A DNA stretch of 43,696 nucleotides from a virus. Shown piece after piece: positions 8,241 to 16,393 of the stretch. The notes beneath the pieces were generated by a model that searched no databases, was not told the origin of the DNA, and saw only the letters and a list, made by a program, of their open reading frames with translations. The translations under genes and the position numbers were made by a program. The stretch lies in IMG/VR virus record IMGVR_UViG_3300045988_044483; one strand, given 5' to 3'. Every line of letters starts with the position of its first letter. Positions within the stretch are counted from its first letter, which is position 1.

Positions 8241-9644
8241 ATGGACAAGGCAGTATTTATTTATACCCGCGTATCAACGCGTGAGCAGGCAGACGAGGGC
8301 TACTCACTTGGGGAACAGGAAGAGCGCTTGAAAAAGTACAGTGAGGCTATGGGCTGGAAGGTCATAGGAATATACACGGATCCAGGCTACAGTGGATCGA
8401 ACATGGAAAGACCTGCACTGCAGCAGATGCTGTCCGACATCAGCAAAAAACATCCGGATATCGTACTGGTGGACAAGCTGGACAGGCTGAGCCGCAGCCA
8501 ATATGACACACTCTATTTAATCAAAAAAGTGTTCGCAGCTGCAGGCATTTCTTTTGTCAGCCGCGCAGAAGCGTTTGACACGTCTACAGCATTCGGACGC
8601 GCGATGCTCGGCATCCTATCTACATTCGCGGAATTGGAACGAGAACGGATCAAAGAACGCATGATGGAGGGCAGGCAAGGCAGGGCAAAAGACGGACTGT
8701 ACATGGGCAGTCAAGCGCCACTCGGGTACAACTACAGCCCAGAGAACGGTTTAACGATTAACGAAAATGAAGCGGAAATAATTCGTTTTATCTTTGAACA
8801 AGCTGCACAACGTCGTCCTTTTGCGTGCATCGCCGGAGATTGCGCGAACATGTATGATATTGACTTTTTTTGGAGTTTAGCCAGTATCACTCGGATTTTG
8901 AACAGCAAGTTATATATCGGTCAGGTTTTATTTTGTGGAAAATGGACGCAGGGGAAACATGCGCCGATCATATCAGAAGAAACATTCGAAAAAACGCAAG
9001 AAGTGCTGGGCGAACGGAAGGAAAACTTTTCAAAATTCACGGGGAAAAAGACAAAAAACCTATTGAGCGGTCTAATTTACTGTGAATACTGCAAAAAGCG
9101 GTTTCACAAAATACAGACTGGTACATACATTTACTATGTATGTTACAGTCGATCAAGGGTGAAAGGGTCAATGGTCGTTAATCGGGATTGCAGTGCGAAA
9201 AGATTAAATCTTCGAAAAACAGATGCGCTTGTACTGGACCAGATAAAGCGCATCCGGACGGATGTTGCCTTTTACGACTCTGTTAAACAGGCAAAAGGCA
9301 GCGCGGATCAGACTGTGGAAAGCCTCGGGAAGAAAATAGCATCAATAAATACCCGCATAAACAGACTGATCAGCCTTTATTCCCTGGAACAAATCGACAT
9401 AGAGCAGGTAAAAGCACAAATAGACCCGCTAACCGCCCAAAAAAAAGAATTGCAGAAAAAGCTCGATGCAGCCGAAAGTAAAAAGAATGATTATGTTAAA
9501 CGGGAAGATGCAATGACGTTATCGCAGGCAGTAGAAGAAGCCTATAACTCCGGAAATATCAATGAGGCTCGCGCACTTATCTCCCAATTGATCAAATACA
9601 TATCTGTAAACGCTGATTCTATCAGCATACACTGGAGGTTTTAA
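8241..9644 (+). CDS. int: Large serine recombinase (integrase)
   Basis: AVFIYTRVSTREQADEGYSLGEQ...LVDKLDRLSRS is a resolvase catalytic domain. It is followed by a recombinase domain, Cys-rich CEYCKKRFH...YYVCYSR and a coiled coil. GGAG lies 7 nt before the ATG at 8241. Confidence 0.9.
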   Translation: MDKAVFIYTRVSTREQADEGYSLGEQEERLKKYSEAMGWKVIGIYTDPGYSGSNMERPALQQMLSDISKKHPDIVLVDKLDRLSRSQYDTLYLIKKVFAAAGISFVSRAEAFDTSTAFGRAMLGILSTFAELERERIKERMMEGRQGRAKDGLYMGSQAPLGYNYSPENGLTINENEAEIIRFIFEQAAQRRPFACIAGDCANMYDIDFFWSLASITRILNSKLYIGQVLFCGKWTQGKHAPIISEETFEKTQEVLGERKENFSKFTGKKTKNLLSGLIYCEYCKKRFHKIQTGTYIYYVCYSRSRVKGSMVVNRDCSAKRLNLRKTDALVLDQIKRIRTDVAFYDSVKQAKGSADQTVESLGKKIASINTRINRLISLYSLEQIDIEQVKAQIDPLTAQKKELQKKLDAAESKKNDYVKREDAMTLSQAVEEAYNSGNINEARALISQLIKYISVNADSISIHWRF

Positions 9645-9655
9645 TTTTTTTTATA

Positions 9656-9709
9656 TTTTTATCTAACTTTTATCATTCATTTCAGCAAATAGTAAAAGTT
9701 AGATAAAAA
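9656..9709. repeat. 17-bp perfect inverted repeat with a 20-bp spacer; candidate attP or repressor site
   Basis: TTTTTATCTAACTTTTA (9656-9672) and TAAAAGTTAGATAAAAA (9693-9709) are exact reverse complements. They contain the 11-mer AAGTTAGATAA also present at 6594-6604. Confidence 0.6.
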
Positions 9710-9735
9710 AGAAGGGGCAGCTTTTCGGCTGTCCC
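9703..9735 (-). terminator. Rho-independent terminator of the accessory cassette (possibly bidirectional)
   Basis: Minus strand reads GGGACAGC-CGAAAA-GCTGCCCC followed by TTCTTTTTTAT, directly after the stop at 9742. Confidence 0.65.
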
Positions 9736-9741
9736 TAACTT

Positions 9742-10227
9742 TTAAAATTCATCGATCATCGGGCAATCGTGATGATCCATCTCTTTTAGATCATTTATGC
9801 TCACATAGTACTTTATGAGCGCGTATGCAATGTCTCTTTTTCCTGGTGCGGCGTTCAGGTCAAAAGTAAATGGCATATTCCGGAGCGCATCGTTGTATGC
9901 CGCTGAAAAGATCATGTATGCCCGCGTATGTAGGTTTGCCGGTCTCTCGCCGGATTTCTGATTCCGGTAATCCTCTGCGATTCCTTTCCAGCTCAAATCC
10001 TCCGGAATCTCTGCCGTAATATATACGCGCTCCGCGTAATCATCCGGCAGTTTTTCTACTTCGATGTACGCATATCTCCGCTGCCCGTCTTTCTCGTATC
10101 TAAATACGATATCCTCAATATACGGGAGTGCGGTATATTTCACTCCGTTTTGCTTCAAGACCTCTTCAAAAGGTCCATCGATGACCTGATATATTACCTC
10201 TACACCATAATGATTAAATTTTTCCAT
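9742..10227 (-). CDS. Hypothetical protein (161 aa), cassette gene 4
   Basis: ORF with AAGGAG RBS. No motif recognised. Confidence 0.65.
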   Translation of the reverse strand: MEKFNHYGVEVIYQVIDGPFEEVLKQNGVKYTALPYIEDIVFRYEKDGQRRYAYIEVEKLPDDYAERVYITAEIPEDLSWKGIAEDYRNQKSGERPANLHTRAYMIFSAAYNDALRNMPFTFDLNAAPGKRDIAYALIKYYVSINDLKEMDHHDCPMIDEF

Positions 10228-10276
10228 TTTTTCTTCTCCTTTTTCATTTTCTTTTTCCAGCCGATCCAGTTCAGCA

Positions 10277-11107
10277 TTATTTGTTATACCTTAAAACTGG
10301 ATCATAACTCGCGATCCTGTCGATATCTACTATCACAATCTGCCCTTTTATCATCGTAAACCAAATAAGCATTGCACCCTTTATTCTGCGATCAATCCCT
10401 TGTTTGCTCTTTAATGGTATAAGCATGTTTTTCCCGACAATTGCGATGTTGCACCCGCGATTAAAAAACCCTTTTAATATGTCGTAAAATAATTTTATCT
10501 GTAAACCTTCTTCTTCGTTTACGAGATATATCCGGTTTAAATTACCGGGCTTCTTCGCATTATAAGAGCATCCCATTGGATAACCCTTTCGCTCTTTTTC
10601 CTTCAACCATTTTCCTTTCGTCATACCTGATCTGGGCGGCATACTTATAGACTTTTCTCTCCAGTCTTTCATCCCGAGTTCTCTATAAAGTTCCGGAGAA
10701 TCCATAAGAAAAAATTTTACAATATCCTGATCTTCCTTTTTAATTTTGCGAATATTATTTTTTATAACGTCAGCAAAAAACATATGGTCTCCCGGCGTTT
10801 CCAGCTTTTGAAAATATTCGTCTATGTCCGCATCAGTCAACTTTTGTACGTTTCTGCAGAAAAACGTTAAATAATTGTTGCTAAAAACCAGCTTGCTTTT
10901 TACCGGTTTCTGCATGGATACAATCCATGAATAATAGTCCATCATACGATATTTCGTATTAAAATAGATCATCCTTTCGTTGCGGATTTCCCTTATTATT
11001 TTCCCGCCCGGAGAAACAAATATATAAATTCCGGGACGTGGTTTATATGCTCTCAGCGCAATATCTTCCAGATTTTCAGCGCCTATATCTTCAATGGCTT
11101 CCAGCAT
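10277..11107 (-). CDS. Hypothetical protein (276 aa), cassette gene 3
   Basis: ORF with AAGGGG RBS. AT-rich. No motif recognised. Confidence 0.65.
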   Translation of the reverse strand: MLEAIEDIGAENLEDIALRAYKPRPGIYIFVSPGGKIIREIRNERMIYFNTKYRMMDYYSWIVSMQKPVKSKLVFSNNYLTFFCRNVQKLTDADIDEYFQKLETPGDHMFFADVIKNNIRKIKKEDQDIVKFFLMDSPELYRELGMKDWREKSISMPPRSGMTKGKWLKEKERKGYPMGCSYNAKKPGNLNRIYLVNEEEGLQIKLFYDILKGFFNRGCNIAIVGKNMLIPLKSKQGIDRRIKGAMLIWFTMIKGQIVIVDIDRIASYDPVLRYNK

Positions 11108-11119
11108 ATCATTTCCCCT

Positions 11120-11398
11120 TTATATCAACTCAATTTTTGTTATTTTCACAAGTGTGTCCAATGGATTCTCTTTCTTCTCTACGATATCAAATTCGTAGTT
11201 GATCCACTGGTCATTTGTTATTTTGTGCGAATATGATCCGTAAGAACCAGACTCCTCATCATCCGGTGCTTCGCCCTCTCCGTCCCAGACATCGTTCAGT
11301 TCTACAATTTCTCCAACTTCAACCTCTGGAAGATAATCAACTTCAAAATCACCGGTTTCTTTTGCGATTTCGTACGCTTTTTTCACTGTCTCATTCAT
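11120..11398 (-). CDS. Highly acidic small protein (92 aa), cassette gene 2
   Basis: ORF with AAGGAGAG RBS. Counted 25 Asp/Glu versus 8 Lys and 0 Arg. Confidence 0.65.
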   Translation of the reverse strand: MNETVKKAYEIAKETGDFEVDYLPEVEVGEIVELNDVWDGEGEAPDDEESGSYGSYSHKITNDQWINYEFDIVEKKENPLDTLVKITKIELI

Positions 11399-11428
11399 TT
11401 CGAGCTCTCCTTATCTGCTTTCTTGTTT

Positions 11429-11644
11429 TTACTCAATTTTTGTACCATCTGGGAATTCAAAACCAGAATAGTATTTTGCCCCTATGGCTTTCGCCATATT
11501 TTGGAAGTCCTCGTCGGAAAACTTCCCTGTTTTTAAACGTTGGGAAAATGCGGACTGTGATAATCCTATTCGCTTTCCAAGTTCCGTTTTGCTGATTTCA
11601 GCCGCGGAGCACGCCATGTTTACTTTTTGCTGGATGGTTAAAAT
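11429..11644 (-). CDS. XRE-family HTH regulator, cassette gene 1 (probable non-ATG start)
   Basis: EISKTELGKRIGLSQSAFSQRLKTGKFS is an HTH. The only ATG (11617) has no SD. AAGGAGG (11653-11659) lies 8 nt before an in-frame ATT at 11644, which would supply the first helix (ILTIQQKVN). Confidence 0.6.
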   Translation of the reverse strand: MLTIQQKVNMACSAAEISKTELGKRIGLSQSAFSQRLKTGKFSDEDFQNMAKAIGAKYYSGFEFPDGTKIE

Positions 11645-11687
11645 TTTTACCGCCTCCTTATTATTTATTAGGTTTTCCTTATATCTT

Positions 11688-11715
11688 ATTATATAATACT
11701 TCTGATTTTTGTCAA
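11688..11715 (-). promoter_or_regulatory. Near-consensus sigma-A promoter of the accessory cassette
   Basis: Minus strand: TTGACA (11710-11715), 16 nt spacer, TATAAT (11688-11693). Confidence 0.65.
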
Positions 11716-11739
11716 CATGTATTTGAAACTTTTTTTGAT

Positions 11740-11766
11740 AAAAAAACAGAGCTCATAAGAGCCCTG
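11740..11766 (-). terminator. Rho-independent terminator ending the late operon
   Basis: Minus strand: CAGGGCTC-TTAT-GAGCTCTG followed by TTTTTTT, about 40 nt after the stop at 11808. Confidence 0.7.
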
Positions 11767-11807
11767 CTTTTCGGTGTTGTTTTTCTGTATGTCTTTGGTC
11801 AGAAAAT

Positions 11808-12239
11808 TTACTCTTTCCGCCACTTTTTTGTTTTCCCGTCCCATTTAAAACCGCGTTCTTTCAGTTCTGCGCGGATGCCATACGTCTGCCCCGAGACAGC
11901 TTTAACCTTGTCCCAATTGATACCAAACGTGTCTCCATCCTCTGCGCCAGCATTTAACTTATATGTAAGATACTGCGTTTTATTTGTTTTAGATGTCTTT
12001 TCGCGTTTTTCAGGAGTAGCATAGTCAAAAGATAACTCCCCGGTACGATCATCAGCAGATGCCTGCAAAATCTCGTTCTTGTAATAAGACCCGTAATACC
12101 CGCGTGATTCTCTATATACTGCTTCTATTTCCCTGGGCTCTGCAGATGGATCGATGATCCCACCTCTATTTTTTTTCGCACTTCCGGCTGCGTTTAAAGC
12201 AGATCCGCGCCCACCGAAAAACTGTAAATTTATCACCAT
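11808..12239 (-). CDS. Hypothetical protein with an N-terminal NLQFF (Prp-cleavage-like) motif
   Basis: The sequence starts MVINLQFFGGRGS. The C-terminus is ELKERGFKWDGKTKKWRKE. It is the last gene of the late operon. Confidence 0.65.
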   Translation of the reverse strand: MVINLQFFGGRGSALNAAGSAKKNRGGIIDPSAEPREIEAVYRESRGYYGSYYKNEILQASADDRTGELSFDYATPEKREKTSKTNKTQYLTYKLNAGAEDGDTFGINWDKVKAVSGQTYGIRAELKERGFKWDGKTKKWRKE

Positions 12240-12406
12240 GCCGCCACCTCCACAACGTTAAATTTATCGCTAAACGGCTTTATCCTGATTATATCACCTT
12301 TGCAATCGTCTGGTACAGACCCATAAAAGATAATCTTATCAGGACATAGCCGCTTCATCATTTCATCATAGCCTGCGGCCGGGAGGACTTTGAATGTTCT
12401 CTCGGC
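12233..12406 (-). pseudogene. Truncated second copy of the DUF4417 gene (C-terminal remnant only)
   Basis: Hand translation gives AERTFKVLPAAGYDEMMKRLCPDKIIFYGSVPDDCKGDIIRIKPFSDKFN. This aligns with LFLAGYEEMVRRLQPETIIFYGSVPEECMGNIVRIRAFTDKFN at the C-terminus of the 24494-25144 product. Stops lie immediately upstream. Confidence 0.6.
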
Positions 12407-12414
12407 CTATATCT

Positions 12415-13191
12415 TTATTCCAAGATCTTAACCTTATGGACAATCCCATTAATTCCCATCGCCGCAAACTGCTGCCGGATAACCTCTGCCTGCTCGCGTG
12501 TCCATACATCAGCTACGGATACTGTGTAAATCACTCCCGGCTCCGCTGCAGGATGCGTCCATTCCGCAGGATCATCATATGCGATATCAAGGTCTGCATC
12601 TCCCCTGATACCTGGGATCTCCCCAAAGCTCGTGTACTGCCATACAGATATGTCTCCGTCAACATTTGGCTTGTATTTCTGATCCGGCTCGTCATCAAAC
12701 TGCATCGTTCGATATCCGCGATAATAGCGTGCTATCCACAACCGTGTCCCAGCAAACGCATTAAAGTCAAACCAACGCTCCTTATAAACATACAACCCGA
12801 TATACAGACCAAATCTGTACCCTGCCGTTGTGATGACCTCCTGCGCTGCACGGATGCACTCTGTCAGCTTCTCAACTCCCAGCGGTCGCAGCGCATATTT
12901 GTCCTCCACATCCCACCATACCATTGTGCCGGTCAGCCCGTAAGACCGCAATAATGCTACGATCTGCTGCGCTTCCTGTTGCGCCACTTCCGGCGTGGCT
13001 GCGTAGGTATATTTATAAACTGCTATCGGAATGCCGTGCTTTCGGCAGCCTTCCAAATTTGCAGCAAACTGATGGTCTGTCTTGCCTGATCGGCGCACAC
13101 TGCGCAGGATTGCGAATGCAACATTTGCCGCTGCAACCTGTGCCCAGTCTATGGCACCTTGATTATCTGATACGTCTAACCCTTTCCACAT
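12415..13191 (-). CDS. Endolysin, GH25 muramidase with a C-terminal binding domain
   Basis: GLDVSDNQGAIDWAQVAAANVAFAILRS...WWDVED...LWIARY is the GH25 pattern. GGTGAGG RBS precedes the ATG at 13191. Confidence 0.85.
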   Translation of the reverse strand: MWKGLDVSDNQGAIDWAQVAAANVAFAILRSVRRSGKTDHQFAANLEGCRKHGIPIAVYKYTYAATPEVAQQEAQQIVALLRSYGLTGTMVWWDVEDKYALRPLGVEKLTECIRAAQEVITTAGYRFGLYIGLYVYKERWFDFNAFAGTRLWIARYYRGYRTMQFDDEPDQKYKPNVDGDISVWQYTSFGEIPGIRGDADLDIAYDDPAEWTHPAAEPGVIYTVSVADVWTREQAEVIRQQFAAMGINGIVHKVKILE

Positions 13192-13196
13192 AAGTA

Positions 13197-13457
13197 TTAC
13201 CTCACCACAAAGTTCTCCCACTTCTTGTATGCGTCTACATACGTTTCCTGCTTGTCCCCATTATATGTGATTTCATAATACATCCCGTCAGAAACAGTTG
13301 TGCTCAGCAGCGCCTTGTGATTCTGAAGCGTCTTGCAGTACCAGACCACATATACATCATCCTGTGCAATCTGCTTCTGGTCGGTTTTGTCCGCATGACT
13401 GTTGAAATAGTCAACGACAATCTGTTTGCTCTTTTCCAAAAATTCTTTGCTTCCCAT
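13197..13457 (-). CDS. Hypothetical protein (86 aa)
   Basis: ATG at 13457 with GGAGG 9 nt upstream. Confidence 0.55.
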   Translation of the reverse strand: MGSKEFLEKSKQIVVDYFNSHADKTDQKQIAQDDVYVVWYCKTLQNHKALLSTTVSDGMYYEITYNGDKQETYVDAYKKWENFVVR

Positions 13458-13461
13458 ACTT

Positions 13462-13779
13462 TCAATCCTCCGTATAATCTTCAATCACAGCAATTCCGTA
13501 CTCAATGGCGCAAGTATTTTCGATGCGACATTCTCTTGCGTTTTCCCAGCCTTTTGCAAAATATGCAATGTCTGCCGTAGAAAGCAATTCCAAAGATTTT
13601 CCCAAAAACCACAGAGGTCTCGCATCCGCAGGCGCGCTCTAGAAAAACGAATCAATAACCTCTACTTCTTCGTTCTCTGCAAAATTTCTCTTTGCGCTGG
13701 CAATTGCCTTTTCCCTCTCTTTTAAAATTTCATCATCTGTTTTGCCTTTCATCGGCTGTGAAATAAAAAGTTTTTTCAT
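13462..13779 (-). pseudogene. DUF4406-like (nucleoside 2-deoxyribosyltransferase-like) gene interrupted by an in-frame TAG
   Basis: Hand translation: MKKLFISQPMKGKTDDEILKEREKAIASAKRNFAENEEVEVIDSFF-TAG(13639-13641)-SAPADARPLWFLGKSLELLSTADIAYFAKGWENARECRIENTCAIEYGIAVIEDYTED. RBS is AAGGAGAG. Both halves share one frame (106 codons). Confidence 0.6.
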
Positions 13780-13866
13780 ATTCTACTCTCCTTATCATTT
13801 TATGAGGGCGACCGAAGCCGCCCCAGAATCACGCTTAACCCCGCGCCGGGAGATAATCGGATCACC

Positions 13867-14082
13867 TTATCCTTCCTTGTCTGCTTCAATAGCTGCCGCA
13901 TCTGTCAAACCCTCGCCGATGACATAGCCGATAACCGTAGCACCAGCCATGATCAGCGCAGAGATCTGTGTGGCTTCATTTTCCGTCCCTCCGCAAGCCA
14001 CAATCATCAGCGTCACAAATGATGCCACGCTCATCCAAAGCTTTCTGCTTGTCAGTTTTCGCATCCAATCAATCTTTTTCAT
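13867..14082 (-). CDS. Holin (small, about 2 TM)
   Basis: MKKIDWMRKLTSRKLWMSVASFVTLMIVA... has hydrophobic helices and a charged C-terminus. It lies in the lysis region upstream of the endolysin. Confidence 0.65.
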   Translation of the reverse strand: MKKIDWMRKLTSRKLWMSVASFVTLMIVACGGTENEATQISALIMAGATVIGYVIGEGLTDAAAIEADKEG

Positions 14083-14084
14083 TT

Positions 14085-14681
14085 TCATACCTCCTTAATT
14101 TTGTATATGCTTCCATCCGGATATTTGATGTCTAGAGCTAACACCTCCGGCTGCAGCTTTTCGTGATAAATGTCATCCCCGCCGGCAGCTTCGTACACAT
14201 TCCCCAGCTCTCGGAAGGTCTTTAATCCGTCCGGCGTCACATATCTCTGTGATGTAAATTCCTTATGTAGCCGCCACAGAGTTGTACGTAGCGAAGCAAT
14301 CGTGCGTTCGTTGTCCTTCTGGATGTACTCTTCCAGCATCCGAGTTATATTCTTTACATCCTGCTTCAATTCAATCTGTTTTTCGTACAAATCGTCCTGC
14401 CTTCTGGCAAGATTGTCCCTGATCGTAATAGATTGCTGGTGGTACTCCTCTTGCTTTGACACGACTCCACTTTGCAGCTCCTCGATATGTGAATAGACTG
14501 CTGCGATCTCCTTTTCACGCTGTTTCCGGAAAAGATTCTTTTTCTTTACCAACCCCAGTGCGTCAAGGACCTTATTCCAGCTTTCCACGATAGTCGGGAT
14601 AAACATAAACACACCAGCGATCACAACCGCTATCGTCCCCCACCCAACATTTTCCGCCTTTTCTATCAGTTCAATAAGCAT
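14085..14681 (-). CDS. N-terminally membrane-anchored coiled-coil protein (198 aa)
   Basis: A TM segment (WGTIAVVIAGVFMFIPTIV) is followed by a long heptad-like charged region. Confidence 0.55.
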   Translation of the reverse strand: MLIELIEKAENVGWGTIAVVIAGVFMFIPTIVESWNKVLDALGLVKKKNLFRKQREKEIAAVYSHIEELQSGVVSKQEEYHQQSITIRDNLARRQDDLYEKQIELKQDVKNITRMLEEYIQKDNERTIASLRTTLWRLHKEFTSQRYVTPDGLKTFRELGNVYEAAGGDDIYHEKLQPEVLALDIKYPDGSIYKIKEV

Positions 14682-14695
14682 TTCCTACGCCTTTC

Positions 14696-15127
14696 TCATT
14701 CGCTGGCTTCTTTCCATACACTATCCGTTCCTACGGCTCCCGGCTCCCATACATTATTGTCGACCAGAGATTCCCAGACCTTACTATTGTGTTTTACCTT
14801 ATCGCCTTTTTTATATCCGTTTGTGCTTCCCGGCTGCTCCCAGTCCGGTGTTACGTTCGGGTCTGGGATAAGAACTTTTGCGAACAGGGACGGTGCCGCC
14901 TCCGGAGTCCACTGCTCCTGTTTATCGTGGTCAGACAGGACATTGTACAGCACTTTATTATAAGTGCACCGCCGCCCTTTTGTCAGATGTGTTCCGGCCT
15001 CCAGCGCTTCCCATTCAGGGTACAATGACGGCACGCGTAAAGCTTGTGCATCCGTGTTGTCCGCAGCGCTGAATTTAGCCTGCTCTAGCATTGCCAGGAG
15101 ATTTTCTTTCGCTTTTTCCGTAAACAT
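14696..15127 (-). CDS. Protein with CBM5/12-like carbohydrate-binding repeats
   Basis: YKKGDKVKHNSKVWESLVDNNVWEPG and TKGRRCTYNKVLYNVLSDHDKQEQWTPE are aromatic-spaced motifs. GGAGGG RBS precedes the ATG at 15127. Confidence 0.55.
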   Translation of the reverse strand: MFTEKAKENLLAMLEQAKFSAADNTDAQALRVPSLYPEWEALEAGTHLTKGRRCTYNKVLYNVLSDHDKQEQWTPEAAPSLFAKVLIPDPNVTPDWEQPGSTNGYKKGDKVKHNSKVWESLVDNNVWEPGAVGTDSVWKEASE

Positions 15128-15128
15128 A

Positions 15129-15566
15129 TCATTCGCCCTCCAAAATTCCGTTAACTTCATTGATGCCGGACGTGATGCTGGACACATCGTTTTCCAGTTT
15201 TGCGACTTTATCAGTCAGTCCCTCCGGCAGCACTGCTTCTTCAACTTTTGCCATATGCACCGTACATACAGCCACATGGGATTCCGCAAACCCGCTTTCT
15301 GTGGTTGCGTCCTCCTGCTCATAATTGATGGACGCTATCACGTCAGGCGTATATTTCAAACTCACGAATTTTTTAAACCCAGCATATCCGCATATCAGGT
15401 CAGTCCCAACATAATATCGCATCACAGCCGTATTCTCAGCGTTCGAAAACATGTCAATTATGCTTTTTGTATCGCTGCTTTTTATAGAGATTTGCAAGAA
15501 TTTCTCGCTTTGGGTAATTCCATCAATCTCCAGTTCTTTGCCAGATTTAAACACGATTTTTTTCAT
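15129..15566 (-). CDS. Hypothetical tail-associated protein (145 aa)
   Basis: ORF in the tail fiber region. Confidence 0.5.
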   Translation of the reverse strand: MKKIVFKSGKELEIDGITQSEKFLQISIKSSDTKSIIDMFSNAENTAVMRYYVGTDLICGYAGFKKFVSLKYTPDVIASINYEQEDATTESGFAESHVAVCTVHMAKVEEAVLPEGLTDKVAKLENDVSSITSGINEVNGILEGE

Positions 15567-15619
15567 GCTTTTACCTCTTTTCTGTTAGTGTTTTAGATTT
15601 TTGCTAAAAATTGCAAACG

Positions 15620-16393
15620 TTAATATTTTAATGTAATTAATCCGCCCGTTTTATCACCCCATTGGCTGGGTCTGCTCTTACTGCCAACTTTAGCTCCAAC
15701 AGTCAGATGCCCTTGCGCATAATCATCTTCAACCGTAACTACAAGGTCATCTCCATTCCAACGCACACATCCTGTAACCCATTCCTGATTTTGCCCCGCC
15801 GGGGGATCCATCCAATACCCGCCAACCCCCGCAATAGTTCCGGATCTACCCAATTTTTTTAATACTGGATCAGCACCTCCGGTTTTAAAATTATACGTAA
15901 CCCATTTCCAAACAGATCCGGGATCTGCTTCTGAGCCGCGTTTGTTTATGTCGCCCCAAGCGGTATTTCCGCCGTCTGTGTAACAAGTGCCAGAATAAAA
16001 GTCTGCGTTATTTACGCGGATATTAAACATAAATGATGTATGTTTTATTGCCTCTGCGTCTGTAAAGAGATATCTCAAAGCCTTTTGGGCATGCACACTT
16101 GCATCATCCGATAATGTAATATTGTAGTTTAATACAGGGAGTTTGCCTCCCATGTCACTACTTAGTGTTTCAACCGCTGTCTTTGCGTTTCCAAATCCAT
16201 TTGCTACCCTTTGTTCAAGATCGTTCATGTTTTTGGTATTAAACGCATCGCCCTCCTGCGAAACCTGCCCCTCGCTACGGGATACGTCATATGTTACAGT
16301 TTCTCCGTTTGCAACATTTCTCAGCAACCGCCGTCCTGCAAATTCCACAAGGCGGGCTTTCCACTCTTTTGGCGTAAACCATGTCTCTGCCAT
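15620..16393 (-). CDS. Tail fiber / receptor-binding protein
   Basis: The N-terminal EGDAFNTKNMNDLEQRVANGF motif is typical of Firmicutes phage fibers. Position at the distal end of the tail module. Confidence 0.6.
   Translation of the reverse strand: MAETWFTPKEWKARLVEFAGRRLLRNVANGETVTYDVSRSEGQVSQEGDAFNTKNMNDLEQRVANGFGNAKTAVETLSSDMGGKLPVLNYNITLSDDASVHAQKALRYLFTDAEAIKHTSFMFNIRVNNADFYSGTCYTDGGNTAWGDINKRGSEADPGSVWKWVTYNFKTGGADPVLKKLGRSGTIAGVGGYWMDPPAGQNQEWVTGCVRWNGDDLVVTVEDDYAQGHLTVGAKVGSKSRPSQWGDKTGGLITLKY

Noticed and set aside
15567-15619. An operator-like word TTTTAGATTTTTG in the gap before the 145-aa tail-region gene.
   Set aside because: It is a single imperfect copy in AT-rich DNA and could easily arise by chance. 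It is mentioned only under the switch finding.
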